64,000 bases of DNA from a bacterium. GTDB lineage: Bacteria; RBG-13-61-14; DATKZS01. The stretch lies in assembly GCA_963674965.2 (NCBI GenBank), contig CAXXFL010000002.1, forward strand, positions 608,001-672,000. The letters run 5' to 3'. The notes under the pieces were generated by a model that did not search any database, was not told the DNA's origin, and saw only the letters and a list, made by a program, of their open reading frames with translations. This document shows, piece by piece, positions 57,864-64,000 of this stretch; within the stretch, counting starts at the first letter, position 1, and every line of letters starts with the position of its first letter. Made by a program: the position numbers and the translations under genes.

Positions 57864-59984
57864 TCACTTCTCGATTTCGTTAACGTCAGGCTCCTCCTTT
57901 GTTTCCTCGCCCTCCTCCTCGGCCTCATCGTCGGCCAGGGCGTAGCGGCTGAGTTGGCTTATGATGTCGTCGATGACCTGGACCGACTCCATCAGCTCGC
58001 CCGAGGCCTCGGAGCTTTGCATGGCGGACCTTTGCACGTCGGCCATGGCCCGGGCCATCTGGTCGCTGGCCGCCGACTGCTGGACCGTGACCTCGTCTAT
58101 CTCGCGGATCATGGAGGCGGCCTCGGAGATGGCCTTCGATATCTCCTCGAAAATGCGGGCCGTCTCCTTCATGTCGCCCCGGCCGAGCCTGACGGCCTCG
58201 ACGCCTTTTTGGGTTTCCCCCATCGACTCCGTCACCAGTTCGTGCATGCCCTTCAGGATGTCCCGTATCTGGGCCATGGCCTCGTTGGTCCCGTCCGCCA
58301 GGCGCTGGATTTCCTCGGCCACCACGCCGAAACGGAAACCGTGCTCCTCAGCCCCCGCCGCCTCGAGAGCCGCGTTCAGGGCCAGCAGGTTTATCTGGTC
58401 GTTGATCTCCGCGATGATCCCCGATATGCCGGCGATGGCGCGGGAATATTCTCCCAGCCGGGTCACGGACCTCTGGATATTGGCGACCTTTTCTCCGATC
58501 TCGATGAGGCTCCTTTCCGCCCCGTCCACCTTTTCCCGGCCCATGCTGGTCACGTGAAGGGAACCCTCGGCCGCCTGCACGATCCCGTGCGTGGTCTGGG
58601 AAATCCGGTGCGATACCTGGGCCACCTCCTGGGAGGACAAGGCCGTCTGGTGAGCGGCGGAACTTTGCTCGGCGCCCGCGTCGGTCTGAAGCCGGGCAAA
58701 AGCCAACAGCTCCTTGGACATGGTCCCCAGTCCCTTGAGGGCCTCGCGAACGTCGGACAGGATTTCCCGGCTTTTTTGAATCTCCTCTTTGAGCTGGGAA
58801 AGAAGGACCCCGCCCATGCGGTTGAAGGAGCGAGCCAATATGCCCGTCTCGTCCTCGGAGCCGGGGGTCAGGCGCATCTCGCCCGCGCCTTCCGCGATCT
58901 CTACCATCGAGTCCCGAAGTTCCCTTAGGGTCGAGGAAATGTCATACGCGATCAGAAAGCCCACGCCCACGCCGATGAAAAGAACTATCAAACCGGCCAC
59001 GCCGTAGTATCCCTTCAACTCGTTCATTACCGCGCTTGCGCTGACGGGGGGAGAAGCGGAAATTATTCTGCTTACGCCGTCGGGGGCCCGCGCCCAGGCG
59101 TAGGTCCAGCCCGTGCCCGAGTCCACGACCGTCTGACCCGCCGGCGCCGAAATAAGCTCCGTGAAGCAGCTTGCCGAGGGCTGGCGAGGCCATTCAGAAA
59201 GGCCGTCCTGTCCCCCCTTTTCGATGAAGTACTCGATCGCGCCGTCGTCGTCGCCTAATTTGGCCAAAGCCGTCTCGACGTTGGTCTTGGACAGGCGAAG
59301 GGACTCGGCCACGAGAAGCGTGTCGCGCGACTGGGCCGAGCGCCTTTCATGCTCGATCATCCGCGTGACGATGACTGAGGATAAAAGCCCGGAAAAGACC
59401 AGGATAAGGGCCACGATCAGGAAAAAGGCGCTGGTAATCTTGAAGGATATGGGCACGAAAAAAGGAGGACGAAGAGAAAGGGCCGGGGCCGTCTCCATGA
59501 TTTTAACCAGGGCTTGCCGAAGCGGCGGGCGCACCAGGTACGAGGAACCCAGTCCCATCATGACCGCCGTGGTCACCGAGCCGGCCACCAGGTAGATGAA
59601 AGTATCGAAACCAAGATCGGCGAAGGCAAGGAGTATCCAGTTGTTGATAAGGCTTACGATGAAAAATAAGGCGCCGGACCATGTCCCCAGAATATAGGGA
59701 AGAATCAGTACCCTGCGCTCGGCCACCACCCGGTCCGCCGTTCCTATCCCCTCCCCTCTTTTCAGTTTCTGGAAAAATAAGTTCACCGGGGTAAGGTGAA
59801 CTCTCAACATGAAAAGGAAAAAGATAAAGGCAAGGGGAATTAACACGGCCGTGCATTTGCCCTGCAAGGTGGCCTGACTGGCGGATAGTTGGGCAAGGGC
59901 CAGGTCGTAAAGCAAGGAAATGGGCAATACCAGCAGCACGGCCAGGACGGCTCGCAGTACTATCTTTTGGTAAAGTCCCTTCAT
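57864..59984 (-). CDS. Methyl-accepting chemotaxis protein with HAMP domain
   Basis: QINLLALNAALEAAGAEEHGFRFGVVAEEIQRLA and HAMP DETGILARSFNRM. Confidence 0.92.
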   Translation of the reverse strand: MKGLYQKIVLRAVLAVLLVLPISLLYDLALAQLSASQATLQGKCTAVLIPLAFIFFLFMLRVHLTPVNLFFQKLKRGEGIGTADRVVAERRVLILPYILGTWSGALFFIVSLINNWILLAFADLGFDTFIYLVAGSVTTAVMMGLGSSYLVRPPLRQALVKIMETAPALSLRPPFFVPISFKITSAFFLIVALILVFSGLLSSVIVTRMIEHERRSAQSRDTLLVAESLRLSKTNVETALAKLGDDDGAIEYFIEKGGQDGLSEWPRQPSASCFTELISAPAGQTVVDSGTGWTYAWARAPDGVSRIISASPPVSASAVMNELKGYYGVAGLIVLFIGVGVGFLIAYDISSTLRELRDSMVEIAEGAGEMRLTPGSEDETGILARSFNRMGGVLLSQLKEEIQKSREILSDVREALKGLGTMSKELLAFARLQTDAGAEQSSAAHQTALSSQEVAQVSHRISQTTHGIVQAAEGSLHVTSMGREKVDGAERSLIEIGEKVANIQRSVTRLGEYSRAIAGISGIIAEINDQINLLALNAALEAAGAEEHGFRFGVVAEEIQRLADGTNEAMAQIRDILKGMHELVTESMGETQKGVEAVRLGRGDMKETARIFEEISKAISEAASMIREIDEVTVQQSAASDQMARAMADVQRSAMQSSEASGELMESVQVIDDIISQLSRYALADDEAEEEGEETKEEPDVNEIEK

Positions 59985-60094
59985 GTTAATGGCAATTCCT
60001 CGAAATATTGATTCCTTCCTGGCCGATGGTCGGCTTTTTGCCTTCCCAATTCATGATGAGGGAATAGGTATCCATTTTTTCCTTATCTATCCAG

Positions 60095-61936
60095 TCAGTC
60101 CCGAATCGGGTCGGGCGCGTATTTAATGACTTCGATCGTCTCGGCGACTCCCGGGATGGACGCGGTTTCGCTTTTGCCTCTCTTGCCCCAATCGGGTGGA
60201 GGAGGTCCCATGGCTGCCACCCTCCCCGGCTCGGCCATTCCCACCAGAGCCTTGGCCATGGCCGAGGCCTTGCCTATGGCCGCGTACTCCATCTTATAAT
60301 GATGTCCCAATCCGCCCATTACAAGGGGGCCAGTCGAAACGCCGGCCCGGACCCGAGCCATGGTCTCGAAGCCGAGGGCTTCGCGAGCGAGGTCGACGCG
60401 GGCCAGGGCGGCGGTAATATCCAGGGCAAAGGACAGGGCCCGACCGTAGTGGTCTTGGCCGTAGGAGACCGCCGCCAATCCCGCCCCGTCGATGGTCAAG
60501 GGCCGGACCTTCCACTTGCCAAGGTAATGGAGCGCGACCTGGTAAAAGCTTCGGGCCATCTCCATGACCTCGGCCGGGTCCTTGTCCTGGCTTAGCATGT
60601 CGAACCCGGCCATCTCGACCCTGGCGATGGACGCCTCGAGATGAAGCTCCCGTCCCACCTCGTCGGACCCGCCCCAAGCGAAACGCTCGAGGGTCCGTCT
60701 GGCGTGACTCGTGGGAAAACGCCTGGAATAAACGTCGTCCGTCCTCTCAACCCAGGCGGCGTTGCCCGAGGCAGCGGCCATGTCCAGGGCGTCGTCAAGA
60801 TACATGGCCGCGCTCTCGAGGTCCCCGGAGCCGTAAGCGAGGTCGGACAATAAAAGGTAGGTCCGCAGCTCGGCCTCGGAAGGACCGCCGACCTGCTCGA
60901 ACAACTCCTTCATCCCCTCGAGCCAGGAATAATCGTCCACCGGCGTCGAAAGAAGGGCCGCCTCCCAGAAACCCACCAAAGCGTGCTGGGCCGGAAGATC
61001 GAAATAACGGCGGGACCGCGAAAGCCAATCCATGACCCGAGCCTCGTCCTTCATAAGGGCCGCCACCCGGGCCATGGCCAGGCAGGCGTCTCCCTTTAAA
61101 TAACCCGACTCCTCGGTCTTCTCGTACGTGTTCTCGAGGGACTTGGACTCGGCCAGGGCCTCCTCCTCCGCCCCGTCCTCGACGCAGGCCGAGACGAACA
61201 TGGTCTGGAGCCTGAAACGCTCGAGGCGGGGAAGGCTCGGACCGTATTGGTAAATCACGTTCCTCAACGCGTCCCGCGCTTTTCCGAATGAGCCGATTCC
61301 CATTTCCATCTCGGCCAGGGCCCCGTAGGTCGCTCCTACCCCGGCCCTGTCCCGGGACCTTTGTTTAAGCCGGGCCACCAGCTTGAAGGTCCTTCTCGCC
61401 TCGGACCAGGCCCCCCTTCGGGCCAGGATTTTTCCGAAGTCGTCCAGTATCCATGACTTGAGTGGAGAGTCTCCCGCCGATCCCAGAGCTTTTATCAGGG
61501 TCCTCTCAGCCTCGTCATGAAGTCCGTCCGCCATCTGAAGGCGGGCAAGAAGATAATAGGCCCGGGCCCCGGTAGCCTCATCCTCCTGGCCTATTATCTC
61601 GGACATGCGGGCAACGCGCTCGGACAGTTCAGCGTTTTTCGCCGGTCCGGCCTCGAGGGCGTCGGCCTGAAAGCTGAGGAGCAGGAGTATCCAGCTCCAG
61701 GACCCGGGTGGGACCTTGCGGTCCACGTCCGCTAAAATCGAGCGCGCGTCTCCCTGGCATGTTCCCATCACGATAAGACACGCCCTGGCGAGTCCCAGCA
61801 TCCACTCGGGACCGCCGATTTTAACCGCCAGGTTCGGCCTTTCCGGGTCGAGGGTGGGATCGTAGGTCAACTCCTCGACCAGGGCCCACCATTCATGGGT
61901 TGTAAGCTTCGTTTCCATGGGCATGAAATAAACCAA
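60095..61936 (-). CDS. TPR protein with degenerate class III adenylate/guanylate cyclase domain
   Basis: TPR helices and VRAGVSTGPLVMGGLG...EYAAIG; the catalytic positions are substituted. Confidence 0.75.
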   Translation of the reverse strand: MVYFMPMETKLTTHEWWALVEELTYDPTLDPERPNLAVKIGGPEWMLGLARACLIVMGTCQGDARSILADVDRKVPPGSWSWILLLLSFQADALEAGPAKNAELSERVARMSEIIGQEDEATGARAYYLLARLQMADGLHDEAERTLIKALGSAGDSPLKSWILDDFGKILARRGAWSEARRTFKLVARLKQRSRDRAGVGATYGALAEMEMGIGSFGKARDALRNVIYQYGPSLPRLERFRLQTMFVSACVEDGAEEEALAESKSLENTYEKTEESGYLKGDACLAMARVAALMKDEARVMDWLSRSRRYFDLPAQHALVGFWEAALLSTPVDDYSWLEGMKELFEQVGGPSEAELRTYLLLSDLAYGSGDLESAAMYLDDALDMAAASGNAAWVERTDDVYSRRFPTSHARRTLERFAWGGSDEVGRELHLEASIARVEMAGFDMLSQDKDPAEVMEMARSFYQVALHYLGKWKVRPLTIDGAGLAAVSYGQDHYGRALSFALDITAALARVDLAREALGFETMARVRAGVSTGPLVMGGLGHHYKMEYAAIGKASAMAKALVGMAEPGRVAAMGPPPPDWGKRGKSETASIPGVAETIEVIKYAPDPIRD

Positions 61937-62099
61937 TCCTTACCCGAGCAGCGACTCGTGGCCTACACGCGGGCAAGATTTTCCGGCCTATTATTACTTC
62001 TTTTTCATATAGCTTCAAAATTGCCGGGTCGGATTTCTCCATCCACCGGGAAGGTACTATAATCTTTTTCGTAAATACCATGGAAAGGACGGGGCCCTC

Positions 62100-63230
62100 A
62101 TGAAAAGGAAAAATATTAAATCGTCCGCCCGGCGCGGCGCTTTCGGCTTGTTGATTCTGGCGTCGATAGCCCTGGCCGGGGCCGCGGCTTACGGTGAGCT
62201 TTCGGCCGAGGCCTTGCACTCCGAGGCGATCGTGTGCGACCTCCACGCCGACACCCAGTTCATGATCACCTACATGGGATACGACATGAAAAAACGCCAC
62301 CGCTCGGTGGACTGGGGCCCGGCGGGAACGGCCCCCATCTTCTCGGACATCGACGTCCCCCGCCTCAAGGAGGGAGGACTGGACATGTTCACAATGGCCG
62401 TGTGTCCCTCGCCCAAGACCAACGAAAGGCCGGGGGCCGTCGCCTTCGTGAGAAGGAGCCTTAACGCCATCGACGCCATGGCGGCGAAAAACTCGGACCA
62501 GTTGGCCGTGGCTTTGACGCCGGAAGACGTCCGGGAAATCTCCGCCTCGGGCCGCGTTGCCATCCTCCTGGCCGTCGAGGGCGGACAGGGCATCGGCGAG
62601 GACCTTGACGTCCTGCGCGAGTTTTACGGGCGCGGCGTTCGGTACATGACCTTGACCCACGCCAAAAACTTGAGGTGGGCCAGCGCCTGCGGGGAGGACA
62701 ACAAGGCGGACTTCGACGGGCTCACGGACTTCGGCCGCGAGGTCGTCCATGAAATGGAGAGGATGGGAATGATGATCGACCTGGCCCACGTGTCGGAGTC
62801 AACTTTTTGGGCCACCCTCGACGCGGTCGATTGCCCGGTCCTTGTAACCCACGCGGGAGCGAGGGGACTGGCGGACCATAAGCGAAACCTTACCGACGAC
62901 CAGATCAGGGCCGTGGCCGAAAGAGGAGGAGTAATAGGCGTGATCTTTCACGCGGGCTACCTGGACCCTGAGGGAAACAAGCCCCGCGACGCCGGACTGG
63001 TGGCCGACCATATCGACTATATCAAGGCGCTGGCCGGAGTCGACGTTATCGCGCTGGGCTCGGATTACGACGGCGGCGTAAATATCCCGCCCGATATGGG
63101 ACACGCGGGCAGGCTTCCCGCCCTGACAAAGGAGCTTGTCAGGCGCGGCTACACGGAGGAAGAGATAAGGAAAATCCTCGGGGAAAACTTTCTCAGGGCC
63201 TGGGCGAAAATCGAGACTTATAAGCGCTGA
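62100..63230 (+). CDS. Membrane dipeptidase (peptidase M19)
   Basis: DLHAD, AVEG, TLTH, DLAH, RNLTD and GSDYDG. Confidence 0.93.
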   Translation: MKRKNIKSSARRGAFGLLILASIALAGAAAYGELSAEALHSEAIVCDLHADTQFMITYMGYDMKKRHRSVDWGPAGTAPIFSDIDVPRLKEGGLDMFTMAVCPSPKTNERPGAVAFVRRSLNAIDAMAAKNSDQLAVALTPEDVREISASGRVAILLAVEGGQGIGEDLDVLREFYGRGVRYMTLTHAKNLRWASACGEDNKADFDGLTDFGREVVHEMERMGMMIDLAHVSESTFWATLDAVDCPVLVTHAGARGLADHKRNLTDDQIRAVAERGGVIGVIFHAGYLDPEGNKPRDAGLVADHIDYIKALAGVDVIALGSDYDGGVNIPPDMGHAGRLPALTKELVRRGYTEEEIRKILGENFLRAWAKIETYKR

Positions 63231-63361
63231 TTTATCAAGCCGCGTCGTCAAGGAATGGCCGGGTCTCTTACGGCCCGGCAAGACGATCCTTCCCTGATGC
63301 GCCGGGGATGCAAACAAGCCCATGGTCGTTCTATAATCGTCTCCGGTTCGGGCGCCAATAT

Positions 63362-64000
63362 ATGGAGCCTCGTTCACCGGGAAAAATGCCGCTGGATATA
63401 GATATAGAAAAAAGAAGCGACTCCGATTTGGGTCTCGGACGGCCGGCCCTCTTGGCCGTGTTCCTTCTTGCCCTGGCAGCGAGGTCGATTTATTTTTTCG
63501 AGATTTGGGACGTGACCTTTTTTAAATACCCGGTCATCGACGCCAAGACCTATCTCGATCACGCCCGCGCTCTGGCCTCGGGCATCTACCTTAACGACGA
63601 GGCCTTCTGGCAGGGACCTCTTTACCCGTACCTCATGGCCCTGGCCATGAAAATCTTCGGAGATTCCACTCCCGCGCTCCACCTTCTCCACGCGCTGCTC
63701 GGGTCCGCCAACTGCGCCTTGGCCGCGTTTCTTTCCGGCCGCGTCTTCAACCGGACCGCCGGCGTTGGCGCGGGGATGGTCACCGCCCTTTACGGGCCGC
63801 TGATCTTTTTCGACGGCGAGCTTCTTATTCCGACCCTGGCCGTATGCCTGAACCTTTTAGCCATGATTCTTATCCTTAGGGCCGAGAGACGCGGGAAGTG
63901 GAGCTATATAGCGGCGGGGGCCGTTCTGGGTCTTGCTTGTCTTGCCCGTCCCAACTCGCTCGTCATCGCGCCCGCCGTTATAATCTGGTCCTTATACTAT
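63362..64000 (+). CDS. Glycosyltransferase family 39 (ArnT/PMT-like), runs off the window end
   Basis: Manual translation gives ...PVIDAKTY...FWQGPLYPYLMA...ALYGPLIFFDGELL...GLACLARPN. Alternative start at 63386. Confidence 0.8.
   Translation, partial: MEPRSPGKMPLDIDIEKRSDSDLGLGRPALLAVFLLALAARSIYFFEIWDVTFFKYPVIDAKTYLDHARALASGIYLNDEAFWQGPLYPYLMALAMKIFGDSTPALHLLHALLGSANCALAAFLSGRVFNRTAGVGAGMVTALYGPLIFFDGELLIPTLAVCLNLLAMILILRAERRGKWSYIAAGAVLGLACLARPNSLVIAPAVIIWSLYY

Noticed and set aside
1-64000. Frequent CTCGAG (at least 10 seen by eye in the first 10 kb) as a highly iterated palindrome
   Set aside because: Plausibly explained by Leu-Glu CTC-GAG codon pairs in a GC-rich genome. A codon-aware Markov test would be needed, which I cannot run.

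Overview
A GC-rich bacterial chromosomal window whose gene content looks deltaproteobacterial (inference). Most of it is housekeeping, envelope and lipid genes: an RND efflux operon with TetR, an ECF sigma/anti-sigma pair, an MMPL exporter, xerD, a CCA-adding enzyme, a YfgM/BamB-like pair, mtnP, ychF, a chemoreceptor and others. The main interest is a layered mobile landscape between about 3 and 23 kb. (1) An IS110/IS1111-type element (11179-12762) sits inside a REP-doublet repeat, and its 3' non-coding region carries visible guide matches to both halves of its own target site, as expected for a bridge/seek RNA. (2) Four co-oriented copies of that ~190-225 bp palindromic repeat separate three AT-rich, same-strand genes, giving a cassette-like array that is not a canonical integron. 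(3) Three copies of a 186 bp MITE each have their own 4 bp target duplication, and one is split by an IS481. Also present are a restriction endonuclease broken by one in-frame TAG, a LysW-like protein ending EDWD, a collapsed HdrA/Fe-S chimeric remnant and a TPR pseudo-cyclase. No rRNA, tRNA or CRISPR array was seen. All calls come from reading the sequence by eye; no database searches were run.
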